Shown here one piece after another: positions 1-10,305 of a DNA stretch of 64,000 bases. The stretch spans positions 9,350 to 73,349 of the forward strand of contig JBGATO010000012.1 of NCBI GenBank assembly GCA_044229145.1. The letters run 5' to 3'. A model generated the notes under the pieces. The model made no database searches. It saw only the letters and a program-made list of their open reading frames with translations, and was not told the origin of the DNA. Source of the stretch: Candidatus Eiseniibacteriota bacterium. GTDB taxonomy: Bacteria > Eisenbacteria > RBG-16-71-46 > CAZEPH01. How positions within the stretch are numbered: the stretch's first letter is position 1; each line of letters opens with the position of its first letter. The position numbers and the translations under genes were made by a program.

Positions 1-93
1 ACGCCCGCAGACGGCTGCGCGACAAGCGGTTGGACGGATCGACCGGAGATGCCTATGATCTGCGTCATACAGGCGGACGCGAGGAGGGGCCCG

Positions 94-858
94 GTGACGT
101 CGGAAATGCAGTCGGAGAAGGTGCTGCGAGCGGTCCGCGCGTTGCCGATGTTCCGCGGCCTGCAGGAACGCGATCAGCGGCGCGTGGCCGCGGTGGCCGA
201 AGTTCGCGAATACGCGCGCGGCGACGCGCTGTGGGACGCTGGCGCTCCGGCCGAACACCTCACCGTGATCGTGAGCGGCCGCGTCAAGGTCGTCGGCCAC
301 GCTCCGGACGGCAGCGACGTCATCCTGGAAATCTTCGGCGAAGGCGAACCGGTGGGCGCGATCGCCGTCTACAACTACCTGCCGTATCCGGCCTCCGCGG
401 TGGCGCTGGAAAAGGCGACCATCCTGCGCGTGCCGCGCCGCGATTACTTCGAGTTGCTCGAGCGCGAGCCCGACTTCGCGCGCGGCATCATCCTCGAACT
501 CACCAAACTCACCGTGGCCTTGACGCGCAAACTCGAGGAAATGCGCGGGCAGCGCGTCGATGCCCGCATCGCCCAGCTGTTCCTCACCTTTGCGACGCGC
601 ATGGGACGCGAGACGCCGCACGGCATCGAGATTCCGCTGCAACTCACGCGGCAGGAGATCGCCGACATGGTGGGCACCACGGTGGAGACGTCGATCCGCG
701 TGCTGTCGGCCTGGGGGCGCGAGAACGTGCTGCTCACCGGCGAGGGGCGCTTCGTAGTGCCGGAGTTGGCGCGCCTGCGCGCGGTGGCGCTCGGGGAGCC
801 GGTGCCTGCGCCGGCGCCGCCAGCGCCGCGCGCCGCGAAGAAGGCGGCGCGGAAATAG
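94..858 (+). CDS. Crp/Fnr family transcriptional regulator (no Fnr cysteine cluster)
   Basis: cNMP-binding beta-roll (IVSGRVKV...GEPVGAIA...YPASAVALE) and HTH 'LTRQEIADMVGTTVETSIRVLS'. GTG at 94 follows GAGGAGG; ATG at 49 or 106 are alternative starts. Confidence 0.9.
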   Translation: MTSEMQSEKVLRAVRALPMFRGLQERDQRRVAAVAEVREYARGDALWDAGAPAEHLTVIVSGRVKVVGHAPDGSDVILEIFGEGEPVGAIAVYNYLPYPASAVALEKATILRVPRRDYFELLEREPDFARGIILELTKLTVALTRKLEEMRGQRVDARIAQLFLTFATRMGRETPHGIEIPLQLTRQEIADMVGTTVETSIRVLSAWGRENVLLTGEGRFVVPELARLRAVALGEPVPAPAPPAPRAAKKAARK

Positions 859-864
859 AACAAA

Positions 865-901
865 GCCGGGACGCGGCTGCCGCTAAGAGCCGCGCCCCGG
901 C
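865..901. terminator. Hairpin between convergent crp and parA
   Basis: gccggg-acgcggct...agccgcg-c-cccggc imperfect inverted repeat. Confidence 0.5.
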
Positions 902-922
902 GGAGAGAACACGCAGTCGCCG

Positions 923-2023
923 CTAGGCTGCGTGCTCCTCGTCGTCACGCGCCGGGACCCAACCGGCGGCGACGTTGCCCAATGTCACGGCAGGGGACGG
1001 CTGCCAGACGAACGACTGCGGGGTCTGCGGCACGTCGGCGGTCGCATGCGCGAGATCCTCGTTCGCATGCGAAGACGCGGTGTGCAGCGCCTTGAGCTGC
1101 GCGATCTCCGCGGCGTTGGCCACCGATTCCTCGTCGTCGCGCGACGGCGCGATGCCGATGTCGGAATCAGGGTCGCTGTCGACCTCCACCGCATCCCACG
1201 AATCGGACGCAATCAACGGCTGCTGCTCCGGCAGCGATTCGCCTACCAGCGCGAGTACTTCGCCGGCCAGCGCACGGTACGCCTCGGCGCCGTGCGACTT
1301 CGGCGCGTGGATCTGCACCGGCGCGCCGCTGCCGCTCGCCTCGGCGAGCGCCACGTTGCGCCGAATGTGCGTCTGGAACAGCAGGCCGGACAGCCGCGGG
1401 TCCTTGTCGATGCGTTCGAACGTCTCGCGGGTCAGCGTCGCCCGCGTGTCCACCATCGTCGCCACGATGCCGCTCACCTGCAACTGCGGGTTCAGCTCGG
1501 CGCGGATCGCCTCGATGGTGTCGAGCAGGTTCTCGACGCCGTCCATGCTCCACGGCTCGGGCCGGATGATGATCATCACTTCGCCGGCGCACACCAGCGC
1601 ATTGACGGTCAGCAGCGACAGCGACGGCGGCGTGTCGATGAACACGTAGTCGTAGCACTCGGCGATGCCGAGCAGCCCCTTGCGCAACAACGTCTCACGC
1701 CCGAAGCGGCTGGCGATCTCGAGCTCGGCGCCGGCCAAGTTGATGTGCGAGGGAATCAAGTCGAGGTTCGGCACGCCGGTGCTGAGCACGATGTCCTCGG
1801 CGCGCACCACACTGAATTTCTTCGGCTGCACCAGTAGATCGTAGGACGACTGTTGGATGTCTTCGGCCTTGAAGCCGAAGCCGCTGGTGCAATTGGCCTG
1901 CGGGTCGATGTCGACGCAGAGGACGCGTTTGCCGGCGTCGGCGAGGGCGGCTCCCAGATTCACGACGGTCGTGGTCTTGCCGACGCCGCCTTTCTGGTTC
2001 GTGCAGACGATGATGCGAGGCAT
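923..2023 (-). CDS. parA: ParA/Soj family ATPase with acidic C-terminal extension
   Basis: Deviant Walker A KGGVGKTT, DIDPQAN, DTPPSL, IRRNVALAEA; about 110 extra low-complexity residues at the C-terminus. Confidence 0.9.
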   Translation of the reverse strand: MPRIIVCTNQKGGVGKTTTVVNLGAALADAGKRVLCVDIDPQANCTSGFGFKAEDIQQSSYDLLVQPKKFSVVRAEDIVLSTGVPNLDLIPSHINLAGAELEIASRFGRETLLRKGLLGIAECYDYVFIDTPPSLSLLTVNALVCAGEVMIIIRPEPWSMDGVENLLDTIEAIRAELNPQLQVSGIVATMVDTRATLTRETFERIDKDPRLSGLLFQTHIRRNVALAEASGSGAPVQIHAPKSHGAEAYRALAGEVLALVGESLPEQQPLIASDSWDAVEVDSDPDSDIGIAPSRDDEESVANAAEIAQLKALHTASSHANEDLAHATADVPQTPQSFVWQPSPAVTLGNVAAGWVPARDDEEHAA

Positions 2024-2028
2024 GTGGG

Positions 2029-2577
2029 TTAGTCCCCCTCTGCGTGACGCGCGACGTGCGCGCCGGACGGCTGGGTGTACGCGGCGTGTGGCATGCCACG
2101 GCCGTTCACGCGCGCCGCACTCTGCGGCTGCACCAGCGCGAGCGATTGCTCGTGGCGTTCGGCGGCCTGCGCGTCGATGAGTTCATCCACCGCCTTCAGG
2201 CGCTCCTTCTGGAAGCGCAAGTTGCGGCGGTACTCGCGAATCACCGCGCTGTCGGTGGGGCTCTCGATCAGCGCCAAGCGCATGCCTTCCTCGTAGCGAT
2301 GGATCTCCTCGAGGATCTCCGCGCGGCTCTCGTCGAGCGAACGCTGTGCCAAGCGGCGGCGCTCGGCGGCGAGGATGTCGTGGGGACTCAATTCGGCGGC
2401 GAGGACGGCGTCGATCAACGCTTGCACGATCTGCGAGCGATCGAGCTTGCGCCCGGTGCGCTGGCGCACTTCGTCGATCAACGCGGTCAGGAACAGCTGG
2501 TGCGATTCCTCGAGGGTGATGACCTCGCGGATCGCCGGCTGGTTGTCGGTGCGGCGAATCAGGGTCGAGCGGCTCAT
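2029..2577 (-). CDS. Hypothetical protein, RHH-like N-terminus plus coiled coil; probable ParA partner
   Basis: ATG at 2577 (MSRSTLIRR...) inside the 2029..3474 ORF; 'VITLEESHQLFLTALIDEVRQRTGRKLDRSQIVQALIDAVL'; ends 5 bp before parA. Confidence 0.7.
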   Translation of the reverse strand: MSRSTLIRRTDNQPAIREVITLEESHQLFLTALIDEVRQRTGRKLDRSQIVQALIDAVLAAELSPHDILAAERRRLAQRSLDESRAEILEEIHRYEEGMRLALIESPTDSAVIREYRRNLRFQKERLKAVDELIDAQAAERHEQSLALVQPQSAARVNGRGMPHAAYTQPSGAHVARHAEGD

Positions 2578-2681
2578 GGGTGTCTCCGGACGCGGCAAAA
2601 CCGGATGGAGTGCACGGAGGTCCCGCACCGGGCGCAAGGCTGAATTGGGCGGGTTGCTCCGCGCACTCGGAGCGTCGGAGG

Positions 2682-2698
2682 TGCACGGCGCGTGCCAA
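2682..2698 (-). promoter_or_regulatory. Putative sigma54 (-24/-12) promoter
   Basis: Minus strand TTGGCACG-CGCC-GTGCA with exact GG-N10-GC spacing, about 105 bp upstream of the 2577 ORF. Confidence 0.6.
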
Positions 2699-2843
2699 GT
2701 CGCGCGAACCGGCGAAAACCGCATACGGACGCCATTTTCGCCGCGCCGTGCCGGAGGCGGGGAGTGCAGAGCGGCATGCCGGGCGCACGCCGCCGTGCAA
2801 ACTGCACGAGGCGCCCGCGCGTGGCGGACGCCTCGCGTGACCG

Positions 2844-5672
2844 CTAGTGCCGCGTGTGGATGACGGCGCGCAGCGCGTCGCGCGCCTGCTGCGCCTCGCC
2901 CGCGTCGCCCGCTTTCTCGGCGGCGACGTGGAGCGCCTGGAACGCGAGCGTCAAGTTCGGCGCGGTGGCATCGCCGATCAACACCCAGCTCGCGGTGTCC
3001 TTCACGTACTTGTAGCGCGGCGGCAGGTGGTACTGGGCGCGCCGCGTGAACTGCAGCGCGATCTCGTGCGCCGCCTCCGGGTTGCGGCCCGCCGCCAACC
3101 ACGCCTGCGACCGCAGCAAGAGCGCGGTGTCGAACCATGGCGTCAGGCGCACGACTTCGTGCAGCGAATCCGCCGCCGCGGCGACGTGCCCATGCGCCAA
3201 CGCGCTCCACGCCGCGTAGGTGCGCACCGAATAGAGCGACGGCGCGAGCAGCTGCGCCTCGGCGATCTGTGAATCCGCCGCGGCGAGATCGCCGGCACGC
3301 AGCAGCATGTCGGCGTAGGCGAGACGCAAATCGACGATGCCGCTGCGCACCGTGAGCGCGGCGCGGAAGGCGGCACGCGCGCTGTCGGCGCGGCCGGCCA
3401 GCGAGTGCGCGATGCCGGTCAACCAGAGCGCCGTCGGGTCGTCCGCCTGGCGCTGGCGCGCACGCTCGGCGCACACGATCGCATCGTCGACGTAGCCGGC
3501 ACCAAGGTTCACACGTGCCAGCGCGAGGTCCACTCGTGAGCGGTCGCCGCTCACGATGCGCGCGGCGGAGCGCGACAGTACGTCGAGCGCCGAGGCGAGA
3601 TCGCCGTCTTGCAAGTACGCCGCATCGCCCTGCGCGACCGCGGCGTCGGCGCTCTGCGGGTACTCGGCCACCGCCTGGTCGGCGAGCCGCCGCGCCTCGC
3701 CCGGCGCGCCGTTGTACATCTGCGCGGTGGCCATGCTGACCAGCGTCGCCTCGTCGTGCGCGCCGCGTTGCATCGCCTGATCGAGCTTGCGGATGGCCTC
3801 GGCGACATTGCCATCGTTGAGGTCGTTCCCGGCCGCCGCGGTGAGCGCCGGCGCATAGTAGGGCGCGACATCGGTGACGTGCGTGTAGCGCTCGATGAGC
3901 CGCACCAGTGCGGTGTCACGCGCCGCCAATCGTTCGCGGGTGATGTCGCGCGTGTCGTACGCATCGCGGCGCGGCGTGCTGTACGAGTTCATGCCCTCGG
4001 CGAAGTACTCCCACACGCTCGACGCTTGATAGCGCGAGACGAACGCGTCGGCGCCCGCCGCCTGCCGCGCCTTGGCGGCGGCGTACGCACCTTCGACCAC
4101 GCGCGCTTCGTCCGGCGGGAAGACGCCGTGCACTTGATGCGTCAACTCGTGCAGTACCGTGTTGTAGCGCCCGAACACCGTGCGCTCGACGTCCTCGATG
4201 CCGGTGACCGTGTTGTGGCCGCCGCAGCCGCGCACGTCGTCCCACAGGCGCGAGTCGTAGTCGATGCGTTGGTCGCGCAGCGATTCGAGATGCGGCGTCT
4301 CGCTCAACTTTTCGTAGAGCGGCTTGATGTAGAACGTCGCGCCGCTCGCCACCAGCACCGGCACGAACGCTGCCCACGGTTCGACGCTGAGCGCCACCCG
4401 CTTCTGGATGCGCGGCGACAACGTGCGCCAATTGAGCACGAACGAGTCGATGCCGGCGACCGTCGGCATCGGCGTCGCCGCGAACGCCGATTCGGCGGTG
4501 GCGGCGTGCACATCGGCGGCGAGCCGCTTCTGCTCCAGCGACTTCGACAGGCCGTGATGCGCGCGGCCGTAGAGCGGACAGCGCTCGAGCGAGGCGCGGA
4601 ACGCGGCGATCGCCTCGTCGCTGCGGTGCTGCGTCCAGTAGAGCGACCCGAGCAGCGTCCACGGCTCCGCGAGCTTCGAGTATGTCGCGGCGAACGCGCG
4701 CAGCGCCTGTTCCGGCGCGCCGCCGGCCGCCAGTTGCGCGCGGAAGTCGCGCAGCACCTTGCCGAGCGCCGAGTCCGCCGGCGCCGGGAACGCGCCCGGT
4801 ACGCGCGCCGGCAGCTGCGTGTAATTGACGTCGGTGTAGCCGTTGCCCAGCCAATAGTGGACGTCCTCGTTCCAGGGATCGAGGACGACGGCTTCGCCGA
4901 GCAGTGTGATGGCGTCGTGCACGCGGCCGAGCCGCACGTCGGCGTCCGCGAGCGCCACCAACACCTGCGAGGCGACCGGGCGGATCGCGGCCGCCGAGTC
5001 GTAGCAGGCGGCTGCGCCGGCGTAGTCGCGGTCCTGGTAGCGCACCGCGCCGGCCACCGCCCACGCCGCGGCACGGTCCGACGGATCGCGTGCCGCATCG
5101 CGGGTCAGCGCGGCGAGCGAATCTGCCTCGTGCCAGCGGAGCAGCGTGCGCATGAGCGACGCGCGCGCCGCGAGGTACGCGGGGCGCGCGGCCGCATCCC
5201 CGCGCGCCAACCCGGCGGCGCTCGACGCATCGAGCGTCGCGAGATCGTCGGTGGCTAGCGCGACGCGGGTGCGCAGCCGCACGACGGCCGGATCGTCCGG
5301 CGCCGCGGCGCTCAATGCGGCCACCGCGCGTCGCGCCTCGACGTAATCGCCGTGTGCGGCCAGCGCCTGCGCCACCCGCAGCCGCACCGCGAAGGGGCGC
5401 CGCGGCGACTCGGCCACACGTGCCGCCGCCTCCGCCGCCCGCACGCCGCGCGCCGGCGGTGCGAAGCGCGTCAGCACCGCCTCCGGCTGACCGAGCTGCA
5501 ACGCCAGATCGGCGCGTCCGAGCGAGTCGCGCGCCGGCGTGCGCGCGAGCGTCGCCGCGAGTTCCAGTCGGTACGCCCGCACCCGCGCCGCCGCGGGCGG
5601 CAGCGTGTCCTCCGCCCGCGCCACGCCGGCGCCGAGCAGCATCATCCACACGAATGCGGGCACTCGCCGCAT
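2844..5672 (-). CDS. Secreted TPR-repeat protein with zinc metallopeptidase domain (ATLF/MtfA-like)
   Basis: Signal peptide MRRVPAFVWMMLLGAGVARA; TPR helices on both sides; HExxH 'VLHELTHQVH' and downstream 'EYFAEG'. Confidence 0.75.
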   Translation of the reverse strand: MRRVPAFVWMMLLGAGVARAEDTLPPAAARVRAYRLELAATLARTPARDSLGRADLALQLGQPEAVLTRFAPPARGVRAAEAAARVAESPRRPFAVRLRVAQALAAHGDYVEARRAVAALSAAAPDDPAVVRLRTRVALATDDLATLDASSAAGLARGDAAARPAYLAARASLMRTLLRWHEADSLAALTRDAARDPSDRAAAWAVAGAVRYQDRDYAGAAACYDSAAAIRPVASQVLVALADADVRLGRVHDAITLLGEAVVLDPWNEDVHYWLGNGYTDVNYTQLPARVPGAFPAPADSALGKVLRDFRAQLAAGGAPEQALRAFAATYSKLAEPWTLLGSLYWTQHRSDEAIAAFRASLERCPLYGRAHHGLSKSLEQKRLAADVHAATAESAFAATPMPTVAGIDSFVLNWRTLSPRIQKRVALSVEPWAAFVPVLVASGATFYIKPLYEKLSETPHLESLRDQRIDYDSRLWDDVRGCGGHNTVTGIEDVERTVFGRYNTVLHELTHQVHGVFPPDEARVVEGAYAAAKARQAAGADAFVSRYQASSVWEYFAEGMNSYSTPRRDAYDTRDITRERLAARDTALVRLIERYTHVTDVAPYYAPALTAAAGNDLNDGNVAEAIRKLDQAMQRGAHDEATLVSMATAQMYNGAPGEARRLADQAVAEYPQSADAAVAQGDAAYLQDGDLASALDVLSRSAARIVSGDRSRVDLALARVNLGAGYVDDAIVCAERARQRQADDPTALWLTGIAHSLAGRADSARAAFRAALTVRSGIVDLRLAYADMLLRAGDLAAADSQIAEAQLLAPSLYSVRTYAAWSALAHGHVAAAADSLHEVVRLTPWFDTALLLRSQAWLAAGRNPEAAHEIALQFTRRAQYHLPPRYKYVKDTASWVLIGDATAPNLTLAFQALHVAAEKAGDAGEAQQARDALRAVIHTRH

Positions 5673-5692
5673 GCAGTCTCCTTGCGAGGTGG

Positions 5693-6265
5693 TTATTCGA
5701 AGTCGGCGGCGGGCGCCAAGTCGGCGGCGCGCCAGCCGTCGCCCTCGTGCACGCCGATGGCGCCGAGCAACTTCGCCGCGAAGCCGCCGGTGACGTCGTC
5801 GAGACCGCGCATGTCGCGGTAGAACGGCGGGCACACCGGCATCACCGTCGCGCCGGCCTGCGACAACGTCAGCATGTGCTGCAAGTGGATCGCCGAAAGC
5901 GGCGTCTCGCGCACTGCCACCACGAAGCGCCGCCGCTCCTTGAGCGCCACCTGCGCGATGCGCGAGATGAGCGTGTCGCCGAAGCCGCACGCGATGCGCG
6001 ACAGCGTCGTGATGCTGCACGGCACGATGACGTAGGCGTCCCACGCGTTCGAGCCCGACGACAACGCGGCGCTGAGATCGTCGTCGCCGAAGATGCGCGT
6101 CGCGAACGGCGCCAGATCGTCGAGCGTGAGGCCGGTTTCGAGCCGCAGCGATTCGGCGCCCCACTTCGACACCACGACGAACTTCTCGCCCGGGCAGCGC
6201 TTGAGGAATTCGACGGCGAAGGCGCCGCCCGAGGCTCCGGTGATACCGACCACTGTGCGTCTCAC
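5693..6265 (-). CDS. ubiX: Flavin prenyltransferase UbiX
   Basis: VVGITGASGG, SSGS, PCS, 'LKERRR...RETPLSAIHL', PPFY; GTG start overlaps the upstream stop. Confidence 0.93.
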   Translation of the reverse strand: MRRTVVGITGASGGAFAVEFLKRCPGEKFVVVSKWGAESLRLETGLTLDDLAPFATRIFGDDDLSAALSSGSNAWDAYVIVPCSITTLSRIACGFGDTLISRIAQVALKERRRFVVAVRETPLSAIHLQHMLTLSQAGATVMPVCPPFYRDMRGLDDVTGGFAAKLLGAIGVHEGDGWRAADLAPAADFE

Positions 6266-7098
6266 GTCCCTATCACCCCCGACGCCACTACGCCGAGCAC
6301 CACGAATCCGAGCACCGCGTTGACGTGGAAGAACGCGAGATTCACGCGCGCGGCCTGTGCGTGCTCGAGCACGAGCAGCGCGCCCACCAGCGCGGCGCAC
6401 GCCCACGGCCACGCGCCCGGCAGCGCCGCGTGCACCAGCCACGCCAGCGTCGCGAAGGCGCACACGTGCAGCGCGCGCGACACCCACAACGCCCGCGTCC
6501 GTCCAAGCCACGCCGGCATGGAGTGGAGACCCGCCGCGCGATCGAACTCCTCGTCCAACGTCGCGTAGATGATGTCGAACCCGGAGCCCCAGAAGAACGT
6601 GAAGAGCGCGAGCAGGAGTCCTGGCGCGCTGTCGTGGAACGACCGCGTGATCGCCAAGTACCCGCCGAGCGGCGCGCCCGCCATGCCGAGCCCGACGCCC
6701 AAATGCGCCCACGGCGTCACGCGCTTCAGATAGGGGTAGCCGACGAACACGATCAGCGGCAGGGGCGCGTACGGCAGGAGCCTTGGGGAAATCGCCCACG
6801 CCGCGGCGACGTAGAGGACGAGCCCGGCGCCGAGCACCGCGTAGCCCTCCGCCACCCGCATCGCGCCGCTTGGCAGCTCGCGCACCGCGGTGCGGGGATT
6901 CCGCGCGTCGATGCGCCGGTCGATGAGGCGGTTGAGCGCCATCGCGGCGATGCGCGCGCCGAATCCGGCCGCCACGATGAGCCCGAGCACACGCCACGAC
7001 GGCAACCCGCGCGAGGCGAGCAGCGCGCCGGCGAACAAGAGCGGGAGGGTGAAGAAGGTGTGTTCGAGCTTCACGAAGCTCGCGTAGGTCTTGAGCAT
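6262..7098 (-). CDS. ubiA: UbiA-family prenyltransferase (MqnP-like)
   Basis: 'KLEHTFFTLP', 'NRLIDRRIDARNPRTAVRELPSG', 'YPYLKR', 'GFDIIYATLDEEFD'; multiple TM helices. Confidence 0.9.
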   Translation of the reverse strand: MLKTYASFVKLEHTFFTLPLLFAGALLASRGLPSWRVLGLIVAAGFGARIAAMALNRLIDRRIDARNPRTAVRELPSGAMRVAEGYAVLGAGLVLYVAAAWAISPRLLPYAPLPLIVFVGYPYLKRVTPWAHLGVGLGMAGAPLGGYLAITRSFHDSAPGLLLALFTFFWGSGFDIIYATLDEEFDRAAGLHSMPAWLGRTRALWVSRALHVCAFATLAWLVHAALPGAWPWACAALVGALLVLEHAQAARVNLAFFHVNAVLGFVVLGVVASGVIGT

Positions 7099-7156
7099 GG
7101 CCGGCGGAGGATACGGGCGGACCGCCGCGATGCAAAGGCCCGGGCCGCCGCCCCGC

Positions 7157-7549
7157 CTACTGGACGAGAACCAGGTGGCGCGACCCGCTCTCGCTGCCGG
7201 CCTCGACGTGCGCGATGTACATCCCGGTGGGCGCGGGCGCCCCGCTGGCGGTGAGGCCGTTCCACCGGGCTTCGTGGCGGCCGGGCTGCCGCACGCCTTG
7301 CGGGAGGACCAGGATGAGGCGTCCCCGCGCGTCGAGGATGCTGACCTGGACCGTCACCGCGCGCGTCACGGTGTAGCGGATGCGGGCCTCGGTGCGGCCC
7401 GACGGCGCGCTGGCGGCGCCGAGATCGAGGCCGGAGGTGCTGTCCGGCGCCGCCGGGGCCGCCCACGCGGCGGACCCGAGCGCGCACATCAGGTACGCCG
7501 CCACCGCCACGCGCCCGCCCCGGCGAACGATTCGACCCGCGTTCCGCAT
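7157..7549 (-). CDS. Small secreted FlgD-Ig-like domain protein
   Basis: Signal peptide, then 'IRYTV...VQVSILDARGRLILVL...PGRHEARWNG...GAPAPTGMY'. Confidence 0.75.
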   Translation of the reverse strand: MRNAGRIVRRGGRVAVAAYLMCALGSAAWAAPAAPDSTSGLDLGAASAPSGRTEARIRYTVTRAVTVQVSILDARGRLILVLPQGVRQPGRHEARWNGLTASGAPAPTGMYIAHVEAGSESGSRHLVLVQ

Positions 7550-7715
7550 CCTCGACTCCTCCTCCGCGCGAGACCCGCACCGCGCGGGCTCCTCCGTGAA
7601 ACGTCGCCATGCCGAGAACCGCACGGGGCGATGTTCCCCGTGCTATCGGCCCGTGGTCGATGGTCCACAAGGGGAACGCCTGGATCAGACGCTCGGGGCG
7701 GCGTCCACGCTCGCC

Positions 7716-7745
7716 TTGACACCCGGCCGACGGGCTTCCTATAGT
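7716..7745 (+). promoter_or_regulatory. Sigma70-type promoter
   Basis: TTGACA-N18-TATAGT upstream of the OMP-guaB pair. Confidence 0.7.
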
Positions 7746-7842
7746 GCCCGGACTTTTGGGAACGAGTTGGCCTTCTGATCCCCCGCCCCGGCCCCAACCC
7801 AGTCGTGCCCCGCGTGGTCTCGAGAAAGGAGACGGAATCCGC

Positions 7843-8586
7843 ATGTCTCGTCGTGTCCCCCAAGTTGCCCTGGTGCTGGGTCTCGCACTGGGATCTGTGG
7901 CCTCCCTCGCGCACGCCGAAGACCAGCGCGGTCGCGCGTCCATCGGCGGGAGCGTCGGGGTGAGCGACTACGTGGGCGGGGGCGATTTCACCACCGGGAA
8001 CGAAATCCGTCCCGCCGGTGAACTGGTGTTCGGGTACGTCTACCGGACCCACACCCAAATCGTCAGCCACGTCGGCTACACCTGGAACGGCTACAAGACC
8101 TGCTACACGGCCGATGGCCGCGAGCGCTGCGACGGCTGGAAGGGTTTGCCGGAGGCCTACCTGCCCCCGAACGGCGAGATCTACGAAAACGAGCCGGCGA
8201 TCGTGAAGTCGAGCTACGCCACGGTCGAGATCCAGCGCAACTGGGGCATCAAGAACCTCCAGCCGCACCTCAACCTCGGCGCCGGTATCTACGGCTGGCG
8301 CGTCGGCACCACGCGGCACGCGCTGAAGGATCCGGTCACCCAGAAGCAGCTCCGCGGCATTGCGCCCGGCGTGACCGTCGGCTTCGGCGTCGAGGACTAC
8401 GTCGGCCCACGCGTCTCGCTCGACTTCATGGCCGTGACCCACTACATCCTGCTTAGCGACAAGACCGCGTTCCCGTCCGGTTTCAACGAGAACCTGACGA
8501 ACGCCCAGTTCCGCCTCTCGGCGCGCTGGTACTTCGGCCTCGGCAAGGGCGGGGCGAAGGCACCGGCCAAGCCGGCGGGGAAGTAG
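7843..8586 (+). CDS. Outer-membrane beta-barrel protein (OmpA/OmpW-like)
   Basis: Signal peptide; alternating beta strands ([31 protein letters not shown]). Confidence 0.7.
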   Translation: MSRRVPQVALVLGLALGSVASLAHAEDQRGRASIGGSVGVSDYVGGGDFTTGNEIRPAGELVFGYVYRTHTQIVSHVGYTWNGYKTCYTADGRERCDGWKGLPEAYLPPNGEIYENEPAIVKSSYATVEIQRNWGIKNLQPHLNLGAGIYGWRVGTTRHALKDPVTQKQLRGIAPGVTVGFGVEDYVGPRVSLDFMAVTHYILLSDKTAFPSGFNENLTNAQFRLSARWYFGLGKGGAKAPAKPAGK

Positions 8587-8589
8587 CCC

Positions 8590-10173
8590 GTGGCCGCCCG
8601 CGCCGCTCGCCGCTCGCCCGCCCAGGCGCCGACGAAAGCGGCGCGGACGGCGGCGAAATCTCCGGCCCCGCGCCGTGCCGCATCGCCGGCATCCCGCGCT
8701 CCCCGCCTTCGCGGCGTGGAGCGCGTCGTCTTTGAAGCGCTGACCTTCGACGACGTGCTGTTGCTCCCCGCGCGCTCCGCCATCCTGCCGCGCGAGGTCG
8801 AGACCCGCACGCAGTTCACGCGCCGCATCCCGCTCAACATCCCGCTGGTCTCCGCGGCGATGGACACGGTGTCGGAGTCGCGGCTCGCCATCGCCCTGGC
8901 GCGCGAGGGCGGCATCGCCGTCCTGCACAAGAACATGTCGATCGAGGCGCAGGCCGCCGAGGTGGACCGCGTCAAGCGCAGCGAGTCCGGCATGATCACC
9001 GATCCGGTCACGCTGCCGCCGACCTCGACCATCGGCGAGGCGCTCGACATCATGGCGCGCTTCAAGATCAGCGGCGTCCCGATCACCGAGCACGGCCGCC
9101 TGGTCGGCATGCTGACCAACCGCGACCTGCGCTGGGTGACCAACCGCCGCCGCCGCATCGCCGAGGTGATGACGCGCGAAGGTCTGATCACCGCGCGCGT
9201 CGGGACGTCGCTCGAGCAGGCGAAGGAGATCCTCGCCAAGCACCGCATCGAGAAGCTGCCGGTGGTCGACAAGAACTTCCACCTGCGCGGGCTGATCACC
9301 GTCAAGGACATCCAGAAGGGCATCCAGTACCCGAACGCGGCGAAGGACGACCTTGGCCGCTTGCGGGTGGCCGCCGCGGTGGGCGCGACGCCGGATCTCC
9401 TCGAACGTGCCGGCGAACTGGTGAAGGCCGGCGTCGACGCGCTGTCGATCGACTCGGCGCACGGACACTCGGATAACGTGCTGCACGCGCTCGAATCGCT
9501 GCGCGCCACCGTCGACATCGACATCGTCGCCGGCAACATCGCGACGCGCGAGGCGGCGCGCGACCTCATCGACCGCGGCGCCGACGCCATCAAGGTCGGC
9601 ATGGGGCCGGGCTCGATCTGCACCACGCGCGTCATCGCCGGCATCGGCGTGCCGCAGATCAGCGCGCTGTTCGAGACCTGCGCGGTGGCCGAGGAGCGCG
9701 GCGTGCCCGTCATCGCCGACGGCGGCATCAAGTACAGCGGCGATGTCGTCAAGGCGATCGCCGCCGGCGCCAACTCGGTGATGATCGGCAGCCTGTTCGC
9801 CGGCACCGACGAATCGCCGGGAGAGACCGTGCTCTACGAAGGCCGCTCGTACAAGGTCTACCGCGCGATGGGCTCGCTCTCGGCGATGACGCAGGGCAGC
9901 CGCGACCGCTACTTCCAAGACGGCGAATCCGACACCACGAAGCTGGTGCCGGAAGGGATCGAAGGCCGCGTGCCGGACAAGGGGCCGTTGTCGCGGCTGG
10001 TGTTCCAGATGGTCGGCGGCCTGCGCGCCGGCATGGGCTACTGCGGCGTGCGCACCGTCGACGACCTGCGCTCGCAGCCGCGCTTCGTCAAGATCACCGC
10101 GGCCGGCCTGCGCGAGTCGCATCCGCACGACGTCATCATCACCAAGGAATCGCCGAACTACGAAGTGCGGTAG
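8590..10173 (+). CDS. guaB: IMP dehydrogenase
   Basis: [21 protein letters not shown] pair, catalytic [18 protein letters not shown]. Confidence 0.98.
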   Translation: MAARAARRSPAQAPTKAARTAAKSPAPRRAASPASRAPRLRGVERVVFEALTFDDVLLLPARSAILPREVETRTQFTRRIPLNIPLVSAAMDTVSESRLAIALAREGGIAVLHKNMSIEAQAAEVDRVKRSESGMITDPVTLPPTSTIGEALDIMARFKISGVPITEHGRLVGMLTNRDLRWVTNRRRRIAEVMTREGLITARVGTSLEQAKEILAKHRIEKLPVVDKNFHLRGLITVKDIQKGIQYPNAAKDDLGRLRVAAAVGATPDLLERAGELVKAGVDALSIDSAHGHSDNVLHALESLRATVDIDIVAGNIATREAARDLIDRGADAIKVGMGPGSICTTRVIAGIGVPQISALFETCAVAEERGVPVIADGGIKYSGDVVKAIAAGANSVMIGSLFAGTDESPGETVLYEGRSYKVYRAMGSLSAMTQGSRDRYFQDGESDTTKLVPEGIEGRVPDKGPLSRLVFQMVGGLRAGMGYCGVRTVDDLRSQPRFVKITAAGLRESHPHDVIITKESPNYEVR

Positions 10174-10201
10174 GGCGGCGTTCCATCGTCGACACACGAA
10201 T

Positions 10202-10229
10202 GCGGCGCTCGCTTCGGCGGGCGCCGTTT
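10202..10229 (+). terminator. Intrinsic terminator after guaB
   Basis: gcggcgctcgc-ttcg-gcgggcgccg followed by ttt. Confidence 0.6.
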
Positions 10230-10305
10230 CGCGTAGCGTGCGACGATCGCACCGCGCGCCGCATCCCATCGTCGTTCGCCGTTCTTCGCTTCCGGGAGAT
10301 TTCCG

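Noticed and set aside
2844..6164. 1106-aa version of the TPR protein and other 5'-extended ORFs in the track (tsaD, MFS, DUF1015, deaminase)
   Set aside because: The extensions overlap neighbouring real genes; true starts are downstream at RBS/signal-peptide or family N-termini.
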